Shown: piece by piece, positions 46,554 through 56,206 of the stretch
Numbering within the stretch: position 1 is the stretch's first letter
Layout of the letters: each line of letters starts with the position of its first letter
Assembly: GCA_032128875.1 (NCBI GenBank)
Contig: JAVLKG010000002.1
Location: 416,001 to 480,000 of the forward strand
DNA length: 64,000 bases
Direction: 5' to 3'
From: Candidatus Melainabacteria bacterium 17Bon1m
GTDB taxonomy: Bacteria > Cyanobacteriota > Vampirovibrionia > Obscuribacterales > Obscuribacteraceae
The notes under the pieces: generated by a model
The model's database searches: none
What the model was told of the DNA's origin: nothing
The model's input: only the letters and a program-made list of their open reading frames with translations
Position numbers and translations under genes: made by a program

Positions 46554-47600
46554 TTAAATTTCATCCATCTTTGCATTTGAGGGCGAAAAATCGACCGGAC
46601 CTTCACTGACAAAAGCCCCCTGGGCTTGGTCATAGGCCTTGCGCAGGTGACCACGGCTGACGTGCGTATAAAGCTGGGTTGTGACGATATTGGCGTGCCC
46701 GAGCAGTTCTTGCACTGAGCGCAGGTCGGCTCCATTTTCAATCAAATGGGTGGCAAAGCTGTGTCTGAGCGTGTGAGGGGAGAGTGATTTTTCAACTCCG
46801 GCTTTTTTTGCCAAACGCTTAACAACTTGCCACACTACCAGGCGCGACAGGCGATTTCCGAGCCTATCTCTGAATAGGGGGCGAACCACATGTTTCACTT
46901 GTGTCAGTGCTCTTGTTTTTCTGGGTGTTTCAGGTCCCGCATCTGTCGCTCTCGATTTCGTATCGCCGGGCGTACTGTCCAAATCCTTGAGCTCATTCAT
47001 ATAGTCCTGAACGCAGGCCAGAGCCTGGCGCCCGATTGGGACAATTCTCTCTTTCGAGCCTTTGCCTAAACAGCGAACATAACTCTGCGACAGATTAACG
47101 TCTTTGACGTCGAGGCCGACTAGCTCTGAAACCCGCAGACCTGCTCCGTAGAGCAATTCAATGATCAGCTTGTCGCGACTAGATTGCGCCGCTTCAATCA
47201 TTCTTTCGACTTCGTCCTTGCTCAAAACGGCAGGCAATTTCTTTGCTCTCACTGGATTGTGCATCGCCTCGAGTGGATCCTCGGCGACGACTCCAGTGGT
47301 TTTTTGCCAGGCAAACCAGCCTCTTAAGCTTGCAATGGCTCTTATGATCGAGCTGGTCTTTTGACCTCTTTGTCGCAAGTAACCTATGTACTGTTGTAAA
47401 TCCTGCCGGCTCGTCGATTGTTTTTGTCTCGTCTTTTGCCAATTGATGAACGACAGCAAATCGCGCTGGTAAGCCATTTGCGTATTTACCGACAAAGATT
47501 TTTCCGAGCGGACAAAATCAATGTAGCGGTTTAGACAGGCGTTGATACGTCTGTCTTCGGGTGTGCCAGGTGGCACCGAATGTGGTGGCGCCGAATGCAT
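46554..47600 (-). CDS. xerD: Tyrosine recombinase XerD
   Basis: LYGAGLRVSEL, GKGSKER, SPHTLRHSFATHL, LLGH...TTQLY; N-terminal SAM-like domain. Confidence 0.9.
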   Translation of the reverse strand: MHSAPPHSVPPGTPEDRRINACLNRYIDFVRSEKSLSVNTQMAYQRDLLSFINWQKTRQKQSTSRQDLQQYIGYLRQRGQKTSSIIRAIASLRGWFAWQKTTGVVAEDPLEAMHNPVRAKKLPAVLSKDEVERMIEAAQSSRDKLIIELLYGAGLRVSELVGLDVKDVNLSQSYVRCLGKGSKERIVPIGRQALACVQDYMNELKDLDSTPGDTKSRATDAGPETPRKTRALTQVKHVVRPLFRDRLGNRLSRLVVWQVVKRLAKKAGVEKSLSPHTLRHSFATHLIENGADLRSVQELLGHANIVTTQLYTHVSRGHLRKAYDQAQGAFVSEGPVDFSPSNAKMDEI

Positions 47601-47630
47601 CGTGCCTCACCTTTCGCCGTGGACGGAAAG

Positions 47631-47654
47631 AGCAATTCGAATATTCGAATTGCT
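47631..47654. promoter_or_regulatory. Perfect 24-bp palindrome upstream of xerD, candidate operator
   Basis: AGCAATTCGAAT-ATTCGAATTGCT, no spacer. Confidence 0.55.
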
Positions 47655-47856
47655 AAATATGTATTAGTGGAGATCGTATGTCTGAGATATATCATACTCG
47701 TGCTTCGTCAAGAGTCAAGCAAAATCGCAATTTTGCGAGCACCATATAGGGTGGCGCCACTTTATCGGCCCTTGTCACCAAATCAGGTGGCTAATAAATT
47801 TGCCTGCGCCACCGTATTAGGTGCAAGACTGCCACTAAAGATATGAGTCACTTAGA

Positions 47857-50800
47857 CTAATTGGCCCTTGCTTCAAGCAGCTTGGCGTCTATACCCGGCA
47901 CCGGGTGAGCTGATTGAAGGGGTTTGCTTGGAAGCCACTTGAAAGACTTTTCGATTGATTGAGCAAGCAATTGTGGTTCGTTCAGTGAAGCCGACATTTT
48001 GAAAGTGAAAGTGCGCGGCTTATCTCCTGCGATATCGCCGAGAACAGGCAAAGATGGCAATTTCTCCAGTTTATTGAAAGTAACCGCATTGAGAAATTTT
48101 TGAATCGTCATGCCGCGAGTGACATGTCCGATTGGTCCTCTCAATACACTTGTCGTTACCCTAGGAAGGGTGCCGGCAATTTCCATGTTCACTTTTCCGT
48201 CAACAAGGTTGGCTGTGCCGCCGCCCCAAAGTCGCATGTCCTCGCCGTTGTACTTGAGTTCTGTGAAAGCCAGCATGCCTTTGGTAATTGCATAGCTTCC
48301 CATCAATTCTTTAAACTCACCAGTTCGTACTGGAACAACACTCTGCAATAGATTATTCAGGTTGAAACCGAGCACACCCGATTGCAGCAAATTGGCTTGA
48401 GTCAGACGTGCCTGAAGGTGACCAAAGCGTGCAAGGACGCCGTTTTTGACGTGAAACTTGCCGTTGCCGTTGAGATTTCGAATCATTTCGTCTTTGTCTG
48501 AGCCTTGCGACTTCAGTAACAGCTCACCATCAGCGGTACCGGTAAGCTCACCAGGATGCCCGAACAAACCTGTCGCAATGACACTAAGGTCGACATTCTT
48601 AAAGTCAGATCTCGAGCCGAATTTCTGCGTTTCAGGATCAACCCAGGCATTGAGATTGACTGACCCATTGCCTGCTTTCAGCTTCATGTTGGCTAGCCTG
48701 ATCTTAGGCAGTTTGTCTTCCCCTGATGATGGCTTAAAGCTCATTTCACCCGAGACATCTGTCACTTTTATAGCTTTCAGCTGCAATTCTTTCATCTCAA
48801 CATGCGCGTTTATAGGCGATGCTTGAGAGCGCGGATCATATGGATCGCGGCTCTGCATACGCCCTGTCGCATGGGTAATATTCAGCTTCGGCACGCCGAC
48901 ATCGACGAGATCAAAATTGCCATTGATCTTAGGGTTGGACATCGGACCGTTTATTGCACCGTCGACGCTTATTGTGCCGGTAACAGAGCTGTCCGCTAAT
49001 TGGGGCGCCAGTCCAGCCAGAAGCCGTTTTGCCGGCAGCGGATTCGGTGTGACAATGGCCAGGTTGATTATTTGTTCGTTGAGCAGATTTGCGTTGTTAT
49101 CGTCTTTGACCTTAATCTCTCCTTTGAAATTCAAGACTGAGTCATTGACGAATAAGTGTGCATCATTAACAGTTACGCCTTTGGGATGAATCGTGACAGC
49201 GCCGTCCAGCGACATTTGCTCGTCTGACGGCTGGTGCAACACACCAAAAGGTCCATATAGTTTCACGTTACTCTTGCGATTGGCTCGTCCAGAGAAGCTC
49301 ACTTTCATTTCGTCTTTGGTGCCGTTTGCTTTGAGGCGAACATCAAGCGGTCCCTGACAGGAGAATTTCAACTGGCTGGCTTTCTTTGCCGGTGAAAACG
49401 TAGCGATCAAATTATTGATTTCGGCAGAGTTTAACGAACCGCGAATATCGCAATTCAAACTCGGTGTCGCAGAGCGGAATTGTCTTACGTACCCGTCCGC
49501 CTGAAATTCACTACCATTCATCCAACCGGCAATATCTTGCAAAAGCAGGTCGTCTTTGGCGGTGGCCAAAACCCCGCTCAGGCGATCAACACCAATCTTT
49601 TCGTCTTCAACTCTAAAGCCGACACCCATCAAACCAATAACGCCATCGAAGCGCGGCAGCGCACTATTGGGAGCATCTTTCAGTAAAAGATCCCCGTAGA
49701 TTTTTCCGTGTAATTTGGCGACGGAATATGTATCGAGCATCTTCTGATAGTCTTTGCGCACTTGCTCAGGTACTACCTGCGAATGAATCCAGGCGTCGAA
49801 GTCGGCAAGATCAAGTCCTTGCGATTTGATCCTTCCGTCGACAAATTCCGCCTGACCAGGCACGCCCTTGATGTGCGCTGAAACCTGCGCAGACCCGCCC
49901 CTGGTTGTGAGCGTCATGTCCTTCAGTGTGAGCAAATCGCCGGTTAAATTGAGAGAGCCGCCGCTGGCTTTGATAAAGCTTTTCGCATCGCTCAACTCCA
50001 AGCGTACATCCTCTGGTATCGCTGTTCCGGAGGCGATTGGAGATTTGAGCGAGCCCGTGATCTTTAGATTTGCATCTCTTACTCGCCCTGATGCTTTCAT
50101 ACCTGTCATTTGCGGGACTTGCATCTTGAAAGTCGTTAAAGCGAGTGTCAATTTTGCAAGGTCGATTTTCTTCCCAGCAACCGCGATATTAAGCCCACCG
50201 CCTTTGATTGGCACTCGCCCCGTGAGGTTGAATGTGCCACCGTCCATGATGCCGGTTAGATGGTCGAATACAAAGTCGTTATCCGTAATTCCAATTTTGC
50301 CGTTCAGCTTGGTGATATTCAGCGAGCCGTCGCTGAAGAAAAAGTCGGCATTGCGCAGATTGAGCGAAATGTCCTGTCTTGTCGTGTTTCCACTGCGCTG
50401 GAGTTTTGCTTTCAAGTCTGCCAGTCCGCGCAGCTGCAGTTTTGTTTTTGCCGGAACAGTGATGCGGGCGCTCATCTCTTTCATCGCTTCTCGCGAAGCG
50501 TTCATGTTTGCAGAAAACTTACCTAAATCGATACCGTTTCCTTCCAGTGCGTAGTTGGAAACTCTATTCTTAAGCTCTGTCTCTCCGCTGATTTTCACTT
50601 TGCCGCCAACGATTTCTGTTTGGGCAGAGCGAACTACCAGCTTTTGACCAGGGATAAGATGAATATCGCCTTCTAAGGCAGATGCATTTGGAACGCCTGC
50701 ATATATAGCGAATTTCGCATTTTCAGGAGCCGCCTCCTGCAAAATATCGCGCAAGAGCAATCCGCCCGCATTGAACTTGCTTTCAATTTCGGTGTGATTG

Positions 50801-52065
50801 TCTATGTTTTGAATGTTTACTATTACCTCCGCCCTTCCGGTCAGACGCTCAGGATTGATACCGTCCAAAAGCATGAGAGGCGACTGCAATGATTTGCCTT
50901 TGCCGGAAGGTGCGCCTAGCAACTTATTCAAGACTTGCAGGTCATCCACTTTTCCGGTCAACTTAGTCGAATATCCGCCCTTCTTTCCTTTGGGACGATC
51001 GAAATGACCGTTGGAGACAAGATTCATGCCGGGCAATTTAAGTGTCAGTTCTTCCCATGCAATCTTGTTTTTGTCGATAATTACTCTTCCATCTGACTTC
51101 GCGTGTGGCGTTGTGATTGTTCCTAATTGTGGATCATGCAGAACCAGACCCTCTGCCTGCATATTGGCTGTGAGTTTGATACCCTTGTCGAGGGTCCCGT
51201 TCCCTTTTACTGTGACGTCAAACAAGCCGCTGAGATCGCGCGTTTTGACTTGTACGGCGTCTTCGGGTTTCATAATAAATGATGCCAATCTCAGTGCATC
51301 ATCAGGATTAATGCGCCTGGCCAGGAGTGCAATCGTATAGTGATTGCTCTTCCAATCTTCAATGGCGCCTACGCCCAGACCTTCCAGTTGAACCTGCGTC
51401 TTGTAGTAAGGTTGCTTGAGTTCAAACGACAAGAAAAACGGCTTGCTGACCTTCTTCTTTGGCCAGACGAATTTGAGTTGCACATTGTCGAGATTGATAC
51501 TGCTTCTGTATGCAGGTGGCGCTGCCATGTCCGTCAGGTGCAGACGTCCATCGTCGATTTGAATAATGCGAACATCTGGCCCAAATTTGATCAGGTCCGC
51601 GAAATTCCAATCGCCGCTGGTCTCACGCGTGAACCAAAATTCGGGCTTGCGAAAGTCCAAGTGATGAAGTTCCACATCGCCTTTCAGTAAGGGGCGAAAA
51701 GCAACACCTATTTCGGTGCGTTGCGCGCGCAAAAATGGCGCATCGTCCAATTCATCCACTTCAACTTTGTTGGTGGCAATGGCTAAGCCGTTAAATCCGA
51801 TACGCCAACTGATATGACCTAGTCTTACTTTTCTGTGGAAAAGCTGGGAAAGTGCACTTTCAAACTGAGGCTTGTACCAGTCAGCGTTCAATGCCAGAGC
51901 AACGACCGCAATTAAGGCAATTGAAAGAACCCAGAAAGCCATGAATTTAAGGGCAAGTTTGCGTGTTGCGGATTTCTCCGCACTGGTCATGGGTGCTTGC
52001 TTGTCTTCTTGGCTGGGTTTTGTGTTCAGGGTAATCAACTTCTTAGGCTGGTTTGAGAGGGGCAA
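47857..52065 (-). CDS. AsmA-family (bridge-like lipid transport) protein
   Basis: N-terminal TM anchor, LNADWYKP, WNFADL, long beta-rich body, AsmA_2-like C-terminus (LNGNGKF....G...GGTANL). Confidence 0.85.
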   Translation of the reverse strand: MPLSNQPKKLITLNTKPSQEDKQAPMTSAEKSATRKLALKFMAFWVLSIALIAVVALALNADWYKPQFESALSQLFHRKVRLGHISWRIGFNGLAIATNKVEVDELDDAPFLRAQRTEIGVAFRPLLKGDVELHHLDFRKPEFWFTRETSGDWNFADLIKFGPDVRIIQIDDGRLHLTDMAAPPAYRSSINLDNVQLKFVWPKKKVSKPFFLSFELKQPYYKTQVQLEGLGVGAIEDWKSNHYTIALLARRINPDDALRLASFIMKPEDAVQVKTRDLSGLFDVTVKGNGTLDKGIKLTANMQAEGLVLHDPQLGTITTPHAKSDGRVIIDKNKIAWEELTLKLPGMNLVSNGHFDRPKGKKGGYSTKLTGKVDDLQVLNKLLGAPSGKGKSLQSPLMLLDGINPERLTGRAEVIVNIQNIDNHTEIESKFNAGGLLLRDILQEAAPENAKFAIYAGVPNASALEGDIHLIPGQKLVVRSAQTEIVGGKVKISGETELKNRVSNYALEGNGIDLGKFSANMNASREAMKEMSARITVPAKTKLQLRGLADLKAKLQRSGNTTRQDISLNLRNADFFFSDGSLNITKLNGKIGITDNDFVFDHLTGIMDGGTFNLTGRVPIKGGGLNIAVAGKKIDLAKLTLALTTFKMQVPQMTGMKASGRVRDANLKITGSLKSPIASGTAIPEDVRLELSDAKSFIKASGGSLNLTGDLLTLKDMTLTTRGGSAQVSAHIKGVPGQAEFVDGRIKSQGLDLADFDAWIHSQVVPEQVRKDYQKMLDTYSVAKLHGKIYGDLLLKDAPNSALPRFDGVIGLMGVGFRVEDEKIGVDRLSGVLATAKDDLLLQDIAGWMNGSEFQADGYVRQFRSATPSLNCDIRGSLNSAEINNLIATFSPAKKASQLKFSCQGPLDVRLKANGTKDEMKVSFSGRANRKSNVKLYGPFGVLHQPSDEQMSLDGAVTIHPKGVTVNDAHLFVNDSVLNFKGEIKVKDDNNANLLNEQIINLAIVTPNPLPAKRLLAGLAPQLADSSVTGTISVDGAINGPMSNPKINGNFDLVDVGVPKLNITHATGRMQSRDPYDPRSQASPINAHVEMKELQLKAIKVTDVSGEMSFKPSSGEDKLPKIRLANMKLKAGNGSVNLNAWVDPETQKFGSRSDFKNVDLSVIATGLFGHPGELTGTADGELLLKSQGSDKDEMIRNLNGNGKFHVKNGVLARFGHLQARLTQANLLQSGVLGFNLNNLLQSVVPVRTGEFKELMGSYAITKGMLAFTELKYNGEDMRLWGGGTANLVDGKVNMEIAGTLPRVTTSVLRGPIGHVTRGMTIQKFLNAVTFNKLEKLPSLPVLGDIAGDKPRTFTFKMSASLNEPQLLAQSIEKSFKWLPSKPLQSAHPVPGIDAKLLEARAN

Positions 52066-52214
52066 GGTGCAGATAGAACTACTTGCCTGAAGCTTTGAGC
52101 CTGTTGAGACCCAGGAAAGTAGAGGCTGCCCATATATCGGCTCCTGAATCTTGCTGAATCTCAGGGGATTCTTTGGATGATAATCTTGAAGATAATCGGT
52201 GAACTCGTATAGAA

Positions 52215-52880
52215 GTGACGATCATAACGGTCTGCTGTTCCCCTTTATGTCGGGTGGCTATATTGGCAGAAGCTTTTTCTCGAAACCGCGCTGTATTCAG
52301 CGTTTCTTTGTTAACTTTCGTCATTGGCAGCAGTGCTTTTGCTGATCCGGCAAATGTCACTTCGGAAAAAGGCTCAAACGGCAGCCCTACTAGAATCAAA
52401 CGTGACCGCAAAGTCGAGAGAAAGAAGCCATCAGGCTACCATAACCGTGTATGGTCGCCAAGTAGAGATGCCGGTGATGAGAGTTATTTACTCGTAGCGG
52501 AAGAACCGAAAACCGATGAAGAGAAGACAGGGCGCCAGTTTGAAGCAACACAACTACCGAAAATTTTATCCATTTTGAAAACGGGCAATTTCGCAAAAGC
52601 TCAGCAAATGCTGGTTGAGCTTGCCAAATCAATGCCTGTTGATTCTCAAGCGCGATATCTTTACCAGCGCCTAGCTCAGCGTTGTGAAGAACGCCGCGAT
52701 GCCGAGTATTGGTACAGGTATGACATCAAAGAAATGCGGCAATCTGGCAGCAGGCAGTCGATTGCGGAATTGCCGAGTAATTCTTCGTCGGCAATTTCTA
52801 CCGCTGCTTTATCCAATGATTCAGTGCATACTCTGAGAAAAGAGGCATGGATGCTTCTCAGCACGGAAGATCGTAAGTAG
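52215..52880 (+). CDS. Hypothetical exported protein
   Basis: Hydrophobic stretch ending SSAFA; one TPR-like helix pair; start uncertain. Confidence 0.6.
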   Translation: MTIITVCCSPLCRVAILAEAFSRNRAVFSVSLLTFVIGSSAFADPANVTSEKGSNGSPTRIKRDRKVERKKPSGYHNRVWSPSRDAGDESYLLVAEEPKTDEEKTGRQFEATQLPKILSILKTGNFAKAQQMLVELAKSMPVDSQARYLYQRLAQRCEERRDAEYWYRYDIKEMRQSGSRQSIAELPSNSSSAISTAALSNDSVHTLRKEAWMLLSTEDRK

Positions 52881-53006
52881 AGGCGACAGATTTTATAAGA
52901 CCATCTGTCCATCATTTGTCGGATGAAAAAGCAGCCGAAGCTGGCAAACAGGTTGATTCTGCGCCTCTTCGGGTACAGTTAAGGTAGTCCGGCTTAGGAA
53001 TTTAGC

Positions 53007-53243
53007 GTGCCTCAACTAAGTGCCGAGGAATTAGATAATGCTTGCTGGCCTATATTCCAGCGGCTCATGCATGAGCTGGGCGATCGCTACGAAAATTGGC
53101 TGGTTGTTATCGAGCCTAATTCTTCCGATTATTTTCTCGGACAAGATGATCACGAAGTATTAGCCCGTGCCAGAAAGAGACATCCGCACGGTTCGTTTTT
53201 TGCTTATCGTCTCAACAAAGACCCGGTCATAGATACACTTTGA
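53007..53243 (+). CDS. Small protein of the type found upstream of clan AA aspartyl proteases (DUF5678-like)
   Basis: RYENWLVVIEP.S.DYFLG....V..RARKRHP...FAYR pattern; abuts the next gene. Confidence 0.6.
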   Translation: MPQLSAEELDNACWPIFQRLMHELGDRYENWLVVIEPNSSDYFLGQDDHEVLARARKRHPHGSFFAYRLNKDPVIDTL

Positions 53244-53278
53244 GTTTGAAAATGGTGGCATACAGTGAAGAAGGCTCT

Positions 53279-53671
53279 ATGAGCCTCACGGAGCGTAAGA
53301 AGGTGAATAGGTCTGTGCGCGGTCGCATTGACGAATCCGGAAAAGTTCTGTTGCCGATCATACTTGTTGCCTCTGATGGTCTGGAGATCGAAGTCGAAGC
53401 ACTGATCAATTTGCAGTTTGGCGGCGCCATGGTTATTCCTGAAGATTTGACTGCGCCATTGGGATGGCGCTGTCTTGGAGCACGCAGAGTGCAAGCTGGC
53501 AGCGAAGTGGTGCGCATGAATCACTATATAGGCATGATGTCTTTAGGTGGCGAATTAAAAAACGTCGTCGTCTTAGGCGGTGCAAAGACGCATCCGGTCC
53601 TGGGCCAGCGCCTCATGTCAGGGCGCAAGCTAACCGTAGATTTTCAAAACGGAACTGTTGTTCTGGAATGA
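53279..53671 (+). CDS. Clan AA (retropepsin-like) aspartyl protease homolog with degenerate active site
   Basis: IEVEALINLQFGG in place of ALIDTGF; C-terminal PVLGQRLMSGRKLTVDF..G.V; start uncertain (53240/53252/53279). Confidence 0.65.
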   Translation: MSLTERKKVNRSVRGRIDESGKVLLPIILVASDGLEIEVEALINLQFGGAMVIPEDLTAPLGWRCLGARRVQAGSEVVRMNHYIGMMSLGGELKNVVVLGGAKTHPVLGQRLMSGRKLTVDFQNGTVVLE

Positions 53672-54916
53672 TCAGCAAAGGTGGTTTTCGTAGGCATAGC
53701 GTACGAGAGCCGCACGGCTGCTCAAGTTCAACTTCTTTCGCAGGCGAGAAACGTGCACTTCTGTGGTCCCTTCAGTAATGTGCAATGCCTCCGCGATTTC
53801 CCTGTTTGATAGTCCCTGAGCCACTTTTCTCAAGACTTCAATTTCGCGTGTGGAAAGCTTGACCCGCACTTTTTCACGACTCTCTTGCCGCTCTGTAAGG
53901 TCGCGGGTTGAGTTAACCACTGAGTTCAGCTGTGTGCAGAGATCGGTCAGTTTGTTTATGGAATTGCTCTGAGTTTCGAAATCTTGGTAAAGACGCGCCT
54001 GGCTGATCGCGATAGAGAGCTGGTTGGCAATTCTCGACAGTAAGCTGATTTCCGCTTGTGTAAACAATCTGGCTTCATCGCATTGATCGAGGTGAACAAG
54101 CCCCATTAGGCGCCCACGATAAACAAGCGGCACCATAATCATCGAAAGAATGCCGTGATGTATCAAGTCGGCTTTCACATCGGTAGCGAATGGAAACGTA
54201 TCTTCCTGCATAACCACGAGAGGACGCCGCTCTCCCACATCGAGAAGCAAATCGTGATAGCGCTGAAATAAAACGCTCTTTTCAGAAATTGCATTCGCTT
54301 GCGCCACTGTAACCTGACGTGCTATGCGCATAGCCGACGTTGGATCGGACGACAAACAGATGATTGCTCGTGAAACTTTAAACTCATCAGCCAGGCTTTG
54401 CGCTGCTCGATCGATGATTTCTTCCAAATCAAGCGAGCCGTGAATATTCACGATCAATCGATTGAGAAGTGCTTCATCTCTGGATATACGCTCGACACGC
54501 TGATACATCTCTCGCAAATTCTCCAGAAGCAATGCTCTCTGGATATTGGTAGTGATCATTCGTGGCAGAAATTTTTGGTACTCGGCGATCTTAGGCAAAT
54601 AATCGCTCGCACCGGCCATCAACACTTTCAATGCCTTGTCCGGACTATCTGCTGCAGTCATAGCGATGATTGGGCAGTTAGGGTTGATTTGATGGATGTC
54701 ACGGATCAAATCATCGCCGCTCATGTCGGGAACTTCGTAGTCCATGACAACGAGGTCGAAATGGCTGGATGCCATTACCTCACGAACTTCGCCGCCTGTG
54801 GATATGCCTTTAACCCCATATAAGGGTGATTGGGACAATATGGCATCTCGGCAGAGCTTAAACTGTGCCTCGTTGTTTTCTATAAGCAGTACCAGACGCT
54901 CTCTAGTTTCCGCCAT
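53672..54916 (-). CDS. Response regulator (REC-GAF-LuxR HTH)
   Basis: DLVVMDYEVPDMSG...DYLPK receiver; GAF; LSTREIEVL..VAQGLSNREIAEALHITEGT...H. Confidence 0.9.
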   Translation of the reverse strand: MAETRERLVLLIENNEAQFKLCRDAILSQSPLYGVKGISTGGEVREVMASSHFDLVVMDYEVPDMSGDDLIRDIHQINPNCPIIAMTAADSPDKALKVLMAGASDYLPKIAEYQKFLPRMITTNIQRALLLENLREMYQRVERISRDEALLNRLIVNIHGSLDLEEIIDRAAQSLADEFKVSRAIICLSSDPTSAMRIARQVTVAQANAISEKSVLFQRYHDLLLDVGERRPLVVMQEDTFPFATDVKADLIHHGILSMIMVPLVYRGRLMGLVHLDQCDEARLFTQAEISLLSRIANQLSIAISQARLYQDFETQSNSINKLTDLCTQLNSVVNSTRDLTERQESREKVRVKLSTREIEVLRKVAQGLSNREIAEALHITEGTTEVHVSRLRKKLNLSSRAALVRYAYENHLC

Positions 54917-55219
54917 TTCTTAGCGTCCCTGTATCCTTTGGGGCTCCTATCCCGCCATCTGTGGACTTTCCCTATACATATAATGCTCAGGAAATGCTTT
55001 CGGATTAACCTGCCGAAGATAGGGGAGGGGATAAACAATTATTGCCCAACCCATAATCTAAGGGTGGATCGAAACTGCTATAAAAGCAATAGTGCTGGTT
55101 GCAAAGTGCCAGGCGCCGATATCTGACACCGTACATTCAATCCTGTTAGCGTCTTTCGACCCTCACAAAAGCCCCCCAGATCCAGGTTTGGCGCTTACAA
55201 ATTGAATTAGCGAGGTCCC

Positions 55220-55257
55220 AAAAGAGCAGCCATCCCCTCCGGCTGCTCTTTTATTTT
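55220..55257 (+). terminator. Intrinsic terminator with a C-rich loop
   Basis: AAAAGAGCAGCC-ATCCCCTCC-GGCTGCTCTTTT-ATTTT. Confidence 0.75.
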
Positions 55258-55398
55258 GGAATTTTTGCCACGGGCAGCTAATTTCGGACGATTCCAAAAA
55301 AATCAACCTGTCAATAGATAGTTTTGGCCAACCACCAAATTAGGCAGTTGGCCAAAAAATGGCCACTATGAGCGCTTTTGCTGCTTTTGGCGCGTTTG

Positions 55399-55680
55399 CT
55401 AGTTTTTGCCTTTGCCGGTCATTTTTACCGGTTGTCTGCCGCGCTGAACGTAGACGTTGATCAATTCGCTATAAGGAATTTCTTTGGCTTGCGAAAGGTC
55501 GCAGGAATATGGAACAGCTTCCGGATTGAAGTCGATGCGTTGAGTACGTTCGTTGTTGGCATCGAAGAATTCTCCTGATATCTCGAACTCGCCTTCAGGA
55601 AAAGTGGCGAAGGACGGATTTAGAAAATAGCCAACCGGCTGGCCGTGAGTAGAGAAAACTTGAACCTTGACTTCGGACAT
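55399..55680 (-). CDS. Hypothetical protein
   Basis: 93-aa ORF, GGAGG upstream, followed by an inverted repeat at ~55322-55357. Confidence 0.65.
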   Translation of the reverse strand: MSEVKVQVFSTHGQPVGYFLNPSFATFPEGEFEISGEFFDANNERTQRIDFNPEAVPYSCDLSQAKEIPYSELINVYVQRGRQPVKMTGKGKN

Positions 55681-55883
55681 TAGTGGAAGACCTCCAGATG
55701 TCAGACCTCTTGTCTGTCTGCACGCTCCTTTTATAGTCTGCGCAGGAAGAAATTTGGGAAGTGTAAGAAGAAAAATTCGTTAAAAAAAGGCCGCAAGTCG
55801 TGGCCCTCATCTTCCACTGTGGTTTAGTAGTGATGAGAGCCGTGAGGTTCTCACAGACAAGAAGCTATGAGGAGTTTGCCAAA

Positions 55884-56108
55884 ATGTCCTACACCATAGT
55901 TGCTGACGTCTGCGAAGGTATTGGTGATTGTATTCCTGTATGTCCAGTAGAGTGCATCCACTGGGTAGAAGGCAAAGTCAATACTAAGTCGACGAAGTAC
56001 ACATACATTGACGACAGCACCTGCATTGATTGCGGTGCCTGTTTGTCGGTTTGCCCTATTGAAGGTGCAATTCTTGATGAGTGGAAGCCCGAGCTGCAAA
56101 AGCCCTAA
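55884..56108 (+). CDS. Dicluster ferredoxin, likely 7Fe [3Fe-4S][4Fe-4S] type
   Basis: CEGIGDCIPVCP (second Cys absent) and CIDCGACLSVCP; GAGGAG RBS. Confidence 0.9.
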   Translation: MSYTIVADVCEGIGDCIPVCPVECIHWVEGKVNTKSTKYTYIDDSTCIDCGACLSVCPIEGAILDEWKPELQKP

Positions 56109-56134
56109 GCTTCTTCCCGTCAAAATGTAAGACT

Positions 56135-56160
56135 CGCGCCCACTCGAAAGAATGGGCGCG
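56135..56160. terminator. Hairpin between convergent genes
   Basis: CGCGCCCA...TGGGCGCG with GAAA loop. Confidence 0.55.
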
Positions 56161-56206
56161 TTCTGCTTTAACTGGCTCTTTCTGCGCGATACCGCGTGAC
56201 TACTTC

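Noticed and set aside
46554-47600. Tyrosine recombinase as the integrase of a mobile element at tRNA-Leu
   Set aside because: Sequence is XerD-like, flanks are housekeeping genes, and I saw no duplicated tRNA 3' end or cargo
56135-56160. GAAA hairpin resembling the P2 stem of a c-di-GMP-I riboswitch
   Set aside because: Lacks the GCAAA/GACGC receptor context and lies between two 3' ends; better explained as a terminator
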